Assembly: GCF_008831285.2 (NCBI RefSeq)
Contig: NC_045138.2
Location: forward strand, 12,276,001 to 12,340,000
Direction of reading: 5' to 3'
Source of the DNA: Nymphaea colorata
Taxonomy: Eukaryota
DNA: 64,000 nt
Position numbers and translations under genes: made by a program. Below, in pieces: positions 51,591-64,000 of the stretch (position 1 is the first letter of the stretch; every line of letters begins with the position of its first letter). Below the pieces are notes generated by a model. It was given only the letters and a program-made list of their open reading frames with translations. It was not told where the DNA came from and searched no databases.

Positions 51591-53790
51591 GTACATGGTT
51601 GACCAATAGTAGCATGTTCTGATTAACTGCTCCAGTAGGGTTTGGTTGCTCTCATGGCCATTCAAAATCCCTTCATGTGCCTGCTTGATTACTTCTTGTA
51701 TTTCGACCTTGTCTAAGCATTGTGAGTATTTTGAATTGAAGCTTCTCCTGTACAAGGCTTTGGGTAAGATAAAATACCTTATGGGTAGCTCATTGTTCTT
51801 TCTTAGTATCTTAGAAGGAAATTCTTTTGTCTCCATGTACTCCTTAATACTTTGATAGCATGTTTCTTGGGCTCAACTTGATGAACTTCTTCTTGAGCTT
51901 TGGAAGTTGGTTGAGTGAATCTCTCAATTTTGAAAGATCTACATGACTCTACTTTCTTGAATGTAATGATTGATTGTTGATTGGCTAGACCATCAACAAA
52001 TTGAGTAAACTCCCTTTAGACATGGAATAGTTAGAATTCCTCAAGCCTAACTAAGGCTCGCGTAATCTCTTGATATGGCATCATTTTAGGATATTTGACC
52101 TTCTATTCTTGGTTTACTTGTTTTATGATGAAAAGGGAGTCCCCATATGCATCTACCCTTTCTCCCTTAAATTCTAACAGCATACTTAGCCCATCGATTA
52201 GGATTTCATATTTTACTGTATTATAGGTACATTTCTAGCCTGAGAGTAGTGAATCATTTCTCATCCTAGTATTGGTAAAATTATCTCAATTCTTGTTTTG
52301 CCCATGTTTTTTGACCCTTAAAAGAAAAGATCCAAACTGGCATGGGTTTTACATGGGTGCCAGTTCATTTGGAAGTTTGTTGTTCGCCCTCAGCTCTGCT
52401 ATTATGGGAAATCAGTTTAATTGATCTACCAGTTCCTATCCTTTGGTAAATTTCTAAGAGAACTATTCCAAATCAACTATATGATGAGTACTTGCCACTT
52501 AATAGATTAGCTATTGAGAAATGTTTTCTCTATGATATACTTATGGAGATTTAATTTTGGAAATTACTTCAAATTCACATACAAGTGTGAAACATGTCTT
52601 CTCCATCATGGAATATCTCTCCTCATATTATACAAAGGCCTTGTTAACATGGTAAATTTCATATTCTTCATATGAAAATAAAAATCCACAACAAGCTTAG
52701 TCATTTACATAAATGTATAACAATAGGAACCATCCCAAAACTAGTAGCTGAAGAATTACAAGATTGAGTAGATATTGTTTGATCCAGTCTAGAGATTGTT
52801 GGCTTCATGCCTCACTCAAACTTGACACTTTTCCTGAGGATCTAGTTAAAAGGTTCATACCTGAAAGATAAATTGGAAATGAATTTCCTGATTTTTTTGT
52901 ATAATGCCTTATAGGTTGTGCATTTCATTTAGATTAGTTGTTGCTGACATGTCAATAATGGCCTTTGCTTTTGATGGATCCACTTGCTCCCTTTGTTGTT
53001 TATCAAGTAACTAAAAAGTTTGCTTGCTTCGACACCAAATATGCACTTCTGTGGATTTAGTGTCAACTTGTGAAATAATAGTCTATCAAAAACTTGTGAG
53101 AGCACACCAATATGATTTTCTTAGATCCTTCATTTAATCAGTGTTCATCTATATTAGCATCCACTAACTTATGCATCCATTCGTGAAAAACAGTGTTGAT
53201 TTAATTTTGGTAAGTTTTTCTTACATTCTTGAACCCAAATAGTATCACCGTATAGCAAAATGTCTGCCATGACATAGTGAAGGACATCTTGGTTTGATGT
53301 TTGTTTGCCAACTTGATTTGTTTATACATAGAATAGTCATCATTGAAAGAAAATATTGCATGGCATCCCATACTATCAACAAGTAAATGAACGTTTGGTG
53401 ATAGATAATCTTCATTAAGTGTAGTCTTGCCAAAATCCTGAAAATTTGTACAAATCCTATCATTTCTATTCTTCTTGGGCACCAGAACTATATTTGCAAT
53501 CACATTTGATTAGTTGATTATCCAAACAAACATAGCTTCATGAGGTCCTCCAAACCTTCCTTGACTTTGTCTTTGACTTGGGGGTCTAACCTTCTCAATT
53601 TCTACTTGATGAGCCAGCTCCCAAGTTTCAAGTTCAACATGAGGTCTATTGACTTTGAATCTAGATTGGGCATGTTTTTTTATTTCCGTGTAAATACCTC
53701 CTTGTAATTCGAGGGAAATTGCACCAACTTGATCTCTTCTTCCAAGCTGAAATTTGCACCAATCAGGATTACCTTGGATAGAGTTCCAAT
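49321..53790 (-). pseudogene. Gypsy Tat/Ogre pol: RT, RNase H, additional archaeal-type RNase H, integrase; heavily decayed
   Basis: RT IANIVLVPKKN..RICTNFQD..TFCYTVILFGFKN (53503-53201); aRH CTYNTVKYEILIDGL..VDAYGDSLFIIKQV (~52235-52115); INT HEGILNGH..LIRTCYYWSTM (51836-51561). Order RT-RH-aRH-INT. Confidence 0.9.
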
Positions 53791-56620
53791 TAGTGTGGCC
53801 AGTAACCCTAGGATAGAGTTGAATTACCTTAGGTTGTACAAATAGGTTGATCTACACCCTAACACTCTAGGCTAACCCAAGTCACTTCTACCTGTTTGCC
53901 TTGAACCCTCAATAAAACCTAAAAATGAAGCTGCCAAACATGACTAAACTTAACCACCCCCTCTCGACCTTAGAATAGGTCCTAGGGTCATCCTTTCTAG
54001 CTCAAAACTTTGCTTGCCTCATTTTGCTTAAAATGATCCAACTGAGTTTAGTTGGCCTCACTTCACCATAAATGGCAATCCTTTAGAAAAAATGATTTTT
54101 GAAGTAATTCAAGAATCCATTTTTGTCTCATTTAGACAAAATTGAGATTTAGAACCTGATGATCAACCCTACCAAATTTGGAAGCTAAATTTCACTAGAT
54201 GCTAATTTAGGCAAGTCCTGCCTAATATAGCTCACTAGACACATTAGAGTGTAACTAACTAGAAATATACTTAATAGGGCTCACAAATCCCTACTTCCAA
54301 GAAACTGCTTAAAATAGCTCAGTATAACCCACAGATCCTAGGACAATTGTACCTACCAAGAATGGCCTCTAGGAAATTGAAAGAGCATGACTTTCAAAAT
54401 CCTGTTTCAAATAGCTTTAGTAGAACCCTCAAAACTTTAGTTCCTTAAAATTGCCAAAAATAGCTTCAATAGCACCTGTTGACTCTAACTTCACTAAAAC
54501 TACCAAACTTAGCTGTAATAAATCTACTTGGTCATATCTACCATGACATTCCTAATTTAAACTTGGTAGGATCTACCGAACTTGGTTTCTTAGAACCAAC
54601 TTGAAATAATCCTAATAGGTTTTGGAAATCTCAAAAGTGTGATACTTACCTAATATAACTTCTGAGGGGTCCATGAATTCTATGTTTAAGAAACCTGTCT
54701 AAGTCATATTAAAGTTTACAACTCATGTGTTCTAAAAAACTACCCAAAATATATTCACAGTAAACCTCCCAGGTCTGTTGAAACTTTCCAAGTTTAGACC
54801 TACGGAACCCACCCAACTTAATTTTTCAATGTATGGTTGATTTAGAGTGTTGCAAGCAAGTAAACTCATTTCAGTCAAAGCTAAGACTAGCTCAGCTCAT
54901 TGGATTTAGTATACAGCCCTAACCTAGTCAAATTCAAACCCAAGTCACTTTGACTTGCTTAAAACAAATCAACCCAGACCGAGACCATGTTTCCCCCTGA
55001 CTCGAACCTAGTCCAGTTTCTAGCTTAGTAGGCTAGAGCCTACTAAGTAAAATATCTAGAACCAACCTAAGTTTAACTAGGCTTGGTCAACTAAGTCTAT
55101 TTCCAATAAAACCAGCCTCGGTTGGACCAGATTCGATCAACTAAACCCAGTTCACTGAAACCAGTCTCGATTTGACATTGGCCTGTCTAGCTCAGTCCAC
55201 TAAACCTAGGCCACACCCACATAGCTCAATGGGACCCAGTAGGGGGCTTGTCCTCATTCCAAATAAATTTATGTTCAGATTTACAATCTGACTCTAAAGT
55301 CTACAATCCAATTTTTGGTCCATATTAGATCTAAATTTTCATTTTAGATCCTGATCCAGATTTTCCATCCAAACATTTCATTTGACATTTCATCCAAATC
55401 TATTCTTTCAAATCCAAACCTTGAAGTCCAAATTGGTGTCTTATACTCAAAATCTAAAGTTTTGAGAAGGTAACACTTGTCACCAAGGCTAATCATGGCC
55501 ATCCATACTAGGATTAGCATGTTTTTCAAGTGTGTTAAACTTGTGACCACCCTAGACCACGACCCCCCTTGGGTTTAAACTCCCCAAAAATCACTAAAAT
55601 GTCACTCCACAACATTATAAATAGAGACCAGATAGAGGGCTCATTGTTCTTTGACTCAGCCACTTTCAGGTATCTCTCTCTCTCTCTCTCTCTCTTCTCT
55701 TAGTTTTTTCATTCTTTGTTTGTAGCTTCTTTCAGTTGGCTAATTTTCAATAATCATGGCTATCCCTAGGGTGAGTCACTTGGAACGTCCAAGAGGGAGG
55801 AGTAAGGAAGAAGAAGAAGAAGAAGCTAGCCAGTGAGGTAGGCCTTCCATTTTTTTCTCTACGTACCTCTTTCTCTAGCCATTTTTTTCGCTTTTCCTTT
55901 TCTCATTATTTTCTAGCCATGTGTTGTGTGTGTTCTCATAGAGGCTCCATTTTTATTTGTTTTACTTGCTATTATATTTTTGTCATAATGTTCTTATTTC
56001 CAAGAATGAATAACTCATCTTTGTAGATGAAGTGTTGTCCTAAAGGCTTATAGGATTTTCATGTTTTGTCATGAATCCTTGTTGAAGTAGAGGGGTTGAA
56101 GCTGCCTATATAGACATATGCTCCCCCTCAAAATGCTCGATTCATGGAATTATGGGATGTCAAGAGGAGCATCTGTTCTTATGGAGGTAACTGGTTATGC
56201 TATAATTTTCTTAGTTTTGATTTTTTTGTACACATTCATTGTCTATTGTTTTCATGCATGATGGTGTTATGTTTGTTAGAAATCATGATTTGAAAGCATT
56301 TGTCATGGTCTTCTATGATTCTCAATGTGATTATTTAGTTTCAGAAAAAATATATCTTCTAAAGAATCCAGATTTTCGTTGAACTTCAAACAATTCAATA
56401 ATCAAAGTTAGTGATATTTCTTGAACTTTGATCTTCTTTATTTCATTGAATTCATTCTTGTAGTGCATATCATAGTCCTATCAAGATCTTCGCCTTTGAT
56501 CATTGTCTATCATAACCAATAGCTATCCTTCTTCCTTAAAAGAGATAGAAATTACATTAGCATGCCCATTTATGATACAAAACTTGGAAGTTTGTAATGT
56601 TTTCTCATTAAATTGTTAAA
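53790..56620 (+). mobile_element. Family B LTR fragment interrupting the minus-strand gag-pol
   Basis: Matches 38000-41000: ccaaatttgga (54172/39027), tgggacccag.agggggc (55229/39900), gaagaagaa..aggtaggcc (55807/40476), gttgaa...cctatat.gacat (56095/40740). Boundaries approximate. Confidence 0.7.
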
Positions 56621-56659
56621 AAGCTCCAACACTTTGACTTGTATAATGCTAACGGATGA

Positions 56660-57300
56660 GTTTTGAATGCTTGCTTGTATGTCTATGTCATTGGTATGTC
56701 TGTGTGCTTATGGTGTTTGTATGCTTGTGTGCTTACATACTTGTATGTATGTATACTTGTAAGACCATATGCTTGTATGTGTGTACATGTGCTTGTAAGA
56801 CTCATGTGAGGTTGTATGCCTGTTTGTAATTTCTTGAGTGCTTGTATGCTTGTGTGCATGGAGGTATGGGATTCATGCACTAATATGGATTTGCTTGTAT
56901 ATGAAATTCACCTATCATAATGTGTGTGTCTTTGTACTTGTGAATATTTTTATACTTGTGAATGCATGGATGTGTGGGTGTATGTGCGTACAGACGCTTG
57001 TTTGCCTGTGTGCACTGAAGTATGAAATTCATGCATTAGAGTGTGTGCTTCTATGTATGTGAATGCTTGTATGTCCGTGTGTTTGCATATATACTGAAGT
57101 GTGAAATTCATGCAACAAAGCACATGTGGTTGTGTCACTCTATGCTTGTTCATCTGTAGATTCCTATGAAGCTCGTACACTAATGTTCCTATACTTGCAT
57201 GCTTATAATGTATATGAATTCCGTATTGTTCATGAGTGCTTGTAATGATTGTAAATTCCTTTGGCTGCTATAATTGAGTGCAAGTGAACTTGCTCGTGAG
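56660..57300. repeat. TG-rich degenerate minisatellite (tgcttgtatg-like units)
   Basis: Repeated gtgcttgtatg / tgaaattcatgca motifs. Confidence 0.7.
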
Positions 57301-57399
57301 AGATTCTTGTAAAAATGTAAGTTTAGAACTCTTTGAAATAGTTACTTGAAGGCTTAAAGATTGTGAATTTTATAAAATTCTAATGCTTTTGAAAACTCA

Positions 57400-58200
57400 T
57401 CTTGAAAGATTTTGGTGGTACTCAGAATATCTTCCTTCAGTTGCTCTATAGGGGTGAATTTCCTACCTGCATCCAACCAGAATATTTCTTGTTGTTTTCC
57501 TTGAGACATCTTTACACCATTTTACATATTCACCTTATTCCTTTTATTATTATAGGTTTGCAGCCTACTCTGACTATTGCTTTGCATGCAGTGGCCTTAG
57601 CCATGAAGAGTATATGAACTTGTGAGTTGGCCAGCTTCTTGTCATATCTTTCATTCTTGCTACTGGTGGTTGGGCCAGTTTTTGTCCTAAGATAGTCATT
57701 TTTAATGGTTGTCTCAATATGCTCTGATATCTTAGTGAGCACATAAAATGACTTGTACACGTATTGCACAAGATGGTGTCTAATGTGCTCTTGAAATCCA
57801 CCAAAGATCATAATGAGGGCATGGTTCTCAGACATGGGTGCTTTCTATGACCACCACCTCTAAATGTAGCCCAAGCTGACTTCTTTGACTCAATCATCAG
57901 GATTATTGAATGATTGGACTCATGTTTTTCAATAAAAACATTGGCTAATTCATTAAAATCTTCACCTGCATTGGGGTCAACATGTTCAAGGTAGGGTAGC
58001 TTTCCTTTCCAAACTCTAAGAGAAACTGACATAGAAAGCCTTGTTGTTGTCACAAAACTTGTCACATTCTGTGAGAACTATCATCGTGCATGTGAGGGTT
58101 CTCTTTACCCTTGAACTTGCTAAATTTGTGAGGAATTAGATTATCATTTTCTGCACGGCGGCTAGCAAAAGCGGGGCTAATCTTTGCATCTCATGTTCCC
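57400..58200 (-). pseudogene. Gypsy (Tat/Ogre) gag fragment
   Basis: Minus-strand PHKFSKFKGKENPHMH (~58135-58085) fits the P-x-F-x-K-F-x-G-xxx-P-xx-H gag motif, followed by FNELANVFIEKH. Confidence 0.6.
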
Positions 58201-58939
58201 TCCATCTCTAGGATTTCAATTTCTCTTTCTCCACCTTGATTAAGCCTTGTGACTTGTCCATGAGGCCATTATAGATGCTTGCTATTGCTTCGCACCTAAC
58301 TTGTAACAAAGTTAATTCTAAAACTGCAATGATGGACATGATCCTAGAAATATGTCATTTTGAACATTATAAAGAAAAGATTCAAGGCAAAATGAGGATA
58401 AAAAATAATTTCATTATATAATGACATCACTAGACCCAATGACAAAACAAGGGATGGTGGCATAAAAGATAGAAAAGTGGCCAAACTTAGAGAAGTGATT
58501 GGCCGGGTTGACCCAATTGTAGATTCAAATAATTTAATAACACATGCTTGACTGAAGTTGTGCATGAGAGATGTCCTAGGAGACAATCCTAAGGACTAGA
58601 TTAGACCCTTGAAACTTCTGGATGGTTTTGACAATAAGAAAAGAAAACACTTTGAAATTCTCACCCAATTTTTTAAAAAATTCATGTAAGGAAAATATAA
58701 CATAGACTAGATACATAAACAGCCCATCCAAAGGACAAGTCTCTATCATGCCATTTGAAAAGGCTTGGATTCCTAAAACAAGACTCCCATAGACCCAGAT
58801 CGACAAAAGTTCATGTGGATATGCTTATATACATGAACAAGTACAATGTACATGGCATAGACTCCTCCTTGGGCTCCATATACTTGCTTACATACTATCG
58901 AAATGTCAAAATACTAGCATGGTGGTTGTCAAACCCCAC

Positions 58940-61900
58940 TGTAATCACCCTAGATTTTTTTAAAATGATACACCCTTTTACCAAAACTCAAAACCCAATT
59001 TTTGGAATCCAAATTAGATCCAAAACCAAAGTTCAGATCCAAATCAAGAATTTGAAACCCAAAATTCAACATTAAGTGCAAAACGACTAAATTTGAGCAT
59101 CGCACGTGCACAGACCTTCCCTTCGAGGAACTCATTTCTCATGTCAAAACGTGTTTTTAAACCTTAGTTGGGCACTAGAATGTGTCGGCGAGCAATTGAA
59201 CCCTGTCCAATTTTAAAACAAGACCGGAGTTACTCGAAATAGAATCGGCCGCCCATTTTCAACAAAAACTTTTCTTTTACCCATTTCAAATAAAAAAAAG
59301 TTATGCTTTCGATATCAAAAACATTTTTATTTTATTTTATCAAATTTTATTTGATTTTATTTTTTTTTTTTTAAATGTTGAGTTTTTGTGCGTCCCACGA
59401 CGTGCAGTCGCGCGACACACAACAGTGAGACCACGTGTCATGAAACGCGCGCGCGCTTGAGAGAACGACGTGCTGTCGAGCATGCTTGCGCAACCGTGAG
59501 ATTGCATGTGCGGTCTCACGCACAGGCGCTACTGAGCAGCTTTTCAGGGCCTACCTAGTGCGCAGGCCCCATTTTTTTCCAAAAATTGATTGTTGGAGGG
59601 CATTTTTGAACATTTTTAAGGGGCATTATTGCTACCTACACCCCAAAAATGGATTTTTCATGTAATAGCCAATAACACTCATTTCAAACCCATTTCTTTT
59701 CAAAAAGAATTGAAAATAATTCCAAATTATTTGAAATTCGTATGAAAATGTTATAAAATTAAAAAAAATTGAATTTTGAGTTTTGGCTCCAAAACTCTCT
59801 ATAAAGACCCCCATTTTCGCCCTCTTGGGTAAAGAGCTAGCCCTTGGAGAAACTCTAGTGCATTTGAAGACTTGGAGTTCTCCCAAGCTATCTTCCTCCA
59901 TTTTCCCTCTTCTTCTCTTCAATTTTCTTCTTTTTCTCCAACTTGGAGTAAGCTACAACAACTTCAAGGGAGCATGAAGATCTCTTGGAGGCCTCTTCTT
60001 CATCACCTTGGAGCTCTATTCAAGGCGAGTCTAAGATCATTCCAAGCAAGGGTGATCATTTTCTTCACAAAATCATTCTGATAAGAGGTATGTAACCAAC
60101 ATCCCATTTCATTCTTTCTATTTTCTTCCTTTCTTCATCTCCCTATGGCCATACAAGATAACTCTAAAATCACTTAGAGTCAAGAGGCTATTCTTGAGTG
60201 CACTTGGGGCATGAAAAGGCAAAGTGATATTTCATTTTATGATTCAATCACGCTATCATTTTTTTAATATAATCTTGTTTTGCTTCTCTCATTTTCCTCT
60301 CCTCTTCATCTCCGCATGGCCATATGAGATAGCTCTCCATCTCTATTTTAGAGTCAAGAGACTATGCTCGAGTGCACCGGGAGCATGAGAAGATGAGATG
60401 ATATTTCATTTTATGATTGCATCATGTTCTATCTTTCCTTGGATGTAGCCTTGTTTTGGTTCCTTTATTTTCTCTCCTCCTCATCTTCCCATGGCCATAT
60501 GAGATATTTCTTAATCTCTATCTTAGAGTCAAGAAACTATGCTCGAGTGCACCTTGAGCAAGGGAAGATGGGACGATCTTTCATTTTATGGTTGAATCAT
60601 GCTCTTTCCTTTTTCTTAAAAATTGCTTTGATTTTATCCCTGCATAGTTGTTTGATTTTTTGTTTATATATGAATGCACGGTGAGAATGAGAGTACGGTT
60701 TGAGATTTCCTCCTTATTCTATGTTAAATTTTGAGGTTGGGACTTGTCCAACTCAGAGAGAACCCTCACGAATATGTACATGTTAAAAATGCATCTTCAT
60801 GTCATTAGGTTTAGTTTCCTTCTCAATTACCCAATTAGGAACCTTAACGAGTACCTCGTTATGTTGCTTGTTTTTCTTCCATACCCAGCGGTAGAAGAAA
60901 TATATCCATTATAGCAAACCAAATAATAATATTCTATGTTTATATATAAAACATATTTTACAAAAGATTTTTGAAAGCAAATACCCTCTCTAATGTGGCT
61001 TTGGAGAATTAGCTTAGGTTCTTGCATGAGTCAAGCTCCCTTCTAGCCTACATCAAACTTGAACTCGGTTAGTTTTCATTTCTTGATTTCTAAACTCATG
61101 AAGATATGTATTTACATACATGTTATATACATATATATGCACATGATGATTTTCTTCCTCTTTCTCTCTACGTTTTCATATTTTACAAATTTTCATACAT
61201 ACATGAATACATGTATATATGTATTCTATTTTCTATCTCTTGAATCTTTTATTTCTCTTTTAAGTCAATTATCTTTCGTTACAAATTTTCTTATACGTAT
61301 ACATATAAGTATGTATATGTATTTCTCTTTTCATCTAAAAATCTTGTTCCTATTCAAATTAATATCATTTTTTTATAAATTTTCATATATGTACATATGT
61401 GATGGCAAGTACTCGTATATGTACATCACTTTCTATCTCTCTCTGTCTCTGTCTCTCTCTCTCTCTTTCTTTTTATAAAGAATATTTCATCTCTTTCATT
61501 CCTTTAAACATTTTTTCATGATCTTTTATTTGCTGACTTCATCAAGACCAAAACTCACGTAATGACCCAATATTAAATTTATGCTTGATGGTATACAACC
61601 TCAATCCATTTTCAAAAAAAAAATTCCTTCTTATATATGATAATTATCAAAAAAAAAATCTTAGATGTATGTTATGGTAGGAATGCTCTTAAATGAATGT
61701 TATGGTAGTAATGAATGATTTTTTTTTCCAATCATATAAGATCAATGTATTCATGCATTCACATTCACTTAATACCACTTATGATCACAAGCACCTCTCC
61801 AAATGAATTTAAGCAAGATGAGATGGAGCTCTAGCTAGGTAGTAACCAAATTAGAGCAAAATCTCAATCTTACTTAAAGTCTTAAGAGAACAGTAAAGTC

Positions 61901-62250
61901 ATTTTAAAATTATTTTCCAAGTTTTCCAAATAATATTTACAAAGATTTCTCAATCTTAGTTTTACCCAAAATGTTTCACATTCTCAAATGATTCTTCAAG
62001 AACCTCTTCAAAAGTTTGAAACGTCAAAACTTTTAATATTTTTCTACACCGCATATAGAAAAAAAAAAGATGTTTTAGCCAAAATGAAATGCATCAATGA
62101 TAGACATAGTTATTGGATTGATTACCCCCAATAAAGGCGTCCGGAATGGTTAATCCTTGTACCAATGGGCGAGTCCTTTTCTCTCTCATTTTCAAAACAA
62201 AACTATTTTTCTGAAGCACTCCAAACCCAAAAATTTTGGGGATGCAAACA
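58940..62250 (+). mobile_element. 5' LTR (3311 bp) of an Ogre element (family A); element continues past the window end
   Basis: TGTAATCACCC...GGGGATGCAAACA followed by a PBS; TATA-like ctctataaaga at ~59798; homologous inverted copy at 31284-33027. Confidence 0.85.
60130..60620 (+). repeat. Three ~175-bp tandem repeats within LTR A
   Basis: catct.cc.atggccata...tagagtcaaga...gagtgcac...tttcattttatg at ~60135, ~60307 and ~60482. Confidence 0.88.
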
Positions 62251-62252
62251 GA

Positions 62253-62270
62253 TGGCGACCGTGATGGGAC
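62253..62270 (+). promoter_or_regulatory. PBS, tRNA-Arg-like (Ogre type)
   Basis: tggcgaccgtgatgggac, 2 nt after the LTR CA; a TGGCGAC start is typical of Ogre. Confidence 0.75.
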
Positions 62271-63049
62271 CCATCATCGCTTGGCTATAATTGATGCATT
62301 TTCACGAACTTGAACATCTCATGTATTACCGATGATAAAGCATGTTTCCTTCTTTGGTCTTGACTCCATAGGCATTTCATTACCTTTCTTGGTGATTGTA
62401 TTTGTTTTCTTGCATACAAGACTAATTGAGGATGATCAATAATATTCACTTAGATCTAGGATCAAATACAAACCTCCTCAATTTAAGAGTTGTTTGAAAA
62501 CAGTGTTTGCTTTTCTATTTATTTTAATCACCATCTTAGGCAACATTGCATTAGAGACAACTGACTTTACATGATTTTTCATATTTCAAAATTTTTTATA
62601 CCTATTTGTCTCGGTCATTATGTTGTCGGGTTTGGTCTTAGGCGGTAGCACAAGAATAAGCCTTAGAACTGGACCACACCTTGGGTGGGAAAACCCTCTC
62701 ATTAGTACCATGAGAGGTAATTTGTGGTATATCGACGAGTAATCAAAAAGAAGTTGATGAACCTTACCCTTAGTTGCCTAAAGAAGAATCTATGTTAGTA
62801 TTAAGTTATTCGGCTAAAGTACATAAGCATAACTTGACATTGGATTATCGTGACTCAAAATTATCTCAATTAGGTCCCTATATCTATTTTGTATAAAATT
62901 ATTTCAAATGACATATGGATGTACATAAAACCTTGTGTGATGTTTTACAACATTATTATATACCTCTACTCCATATTGTCTTTGTCAACCTACTCAATCT
63001 CTTTCTAATCTAATTTTTACCCTTCAGAGTCATCATTCAAGATGTATTC

Positions 63050-64000
63050 TTTCCAACGTGCTGTCACCTTCCCTTATGATCACATCCTCTTCGAGGAAGG
63101 ACCCGAACGGTCTACTTATATCTCTCTTGAGTCTAAACATTTGGCTTCCGAATGGTATCGGTCTTGGCATCCCACCTTTCTCGGATGTTTCCTTTCTACT
63201 TTGAAGAATGTGGGCTAGAGACAGTGGCAGCAGGAGGAACGCAATTAGTGGATGGAAATTTTGTGCATGCAATTGTTGAGCGATGGAACCCAATGACTTC
63301 CACTGTTTGGTTTCCATGGGGAGAAATGATAGTGCTATTAGATGAATTTGCTGAAATACTAGACATCTCCACTCCAACTTGTGACCCAAATGATCCAATG
63401 GAAAAACAAATCCTCATGAACCCAACCAAGGTTAATGCACATGATGTTATAGCTCATTTTACTAGATGAAAAACTTGGCTCTAGTAGAAAACCCTCAGAG
63501 CCAAAGCATCAACCTGAAAACTTATATGAAGAATTTAGAGTCTATGTCCACTTTACCTTGAAAAGCCATAGGAAAAATTAAACATTGTATGATGCTCTGC
63601 ATAATGGGAGTAACCCTTTTCATCAATGAAAGTGACCTCATAGATGGGGACCTAGTGGGACCTGACACTTGTCAGTAGCAATGGCAGCCTTGGCTTTTCT
63701 CTATCAAGGACTCACCCACTCACCCACTTTACCATTGGAGATACTGACTTCATAGAAGGATGCACATATGCTTTACAATTGTGGTTCCTCAAGCACGCGG
63801 GACCTCAAGCCAGTCTATTTAAAAACACTGATAGAGCATTGACAATCTTAGAACAATACTATCATTTGATCAAGCAGTTGGATGAACATGAAATCATTTG
63901 GGACTATTGTGATCGTTGTCAGGACCCGCCTCGATACACTCACCATTGTCATGGGCGTACCACACTCTTGGGCCCTTATTTTATAGTTGATTATTGTGCT
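63050..64000 (+). pseudogene. Ogre ORF1 with plant mobile domain (aminotransferase-like PMD), frameshifted, truncated by the window edge
   Basis: HAIVERWNPMTSTVWFPWGEMIVLLDEFAEIL, then in shifted frames MLCIMGVTLF, AALAFLYQGL, IEGCTYALQLWFLKH, in the expected PMD motif order; located downstream of the PBS. Confidence 0.85.

Noticed and set aside
61059..61478. 139-aa hydrophobic ORF
   Set aside because: AT/CT-rich low-complexity LTR sequence; compositional artefact.

Overview
Angiosperm nuclear DNA, mostly transposon-derived, with one intact host gene. The gene is on the minus strand, has six coding exons (24352-21019, 409 aa), encodes a plant-specific protein with a TPX2-like N-terminal motif, and has MSA (G2/M) boxes in its promoter. 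To its left is a three-level nest. A 9.8-kb non-autonomous LTR element (3.55-kb LTRs, TSD TTACA, no recognisable gag core or pol, one decayed internal ORF) sits inside a 0.8-kb hAT-type MITE (TSD AGGCAAAC), which probably sits inside a ~15-kb hAT-like element carrying cargo. To the gene's right are a decayed Ale-like Copia element and a tangle of Gypsy Tat/Ogre pieces: two long-LTR families, minus-strand gag and RT-RH-aRH-INT with a 1.14-kb tandem duplication, tandem-repeat arrays, and the 5' end of an Ogre whose ORF1 encodes a plant mobile domain. I found no clearly new biological system. The best leads are the orphan ORF and mosaic LTRs of the non-autonomous element, the hAT cargo, and the mitotic-looking host gene. 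All identities and counts are by-eye estimates; no searches were run.
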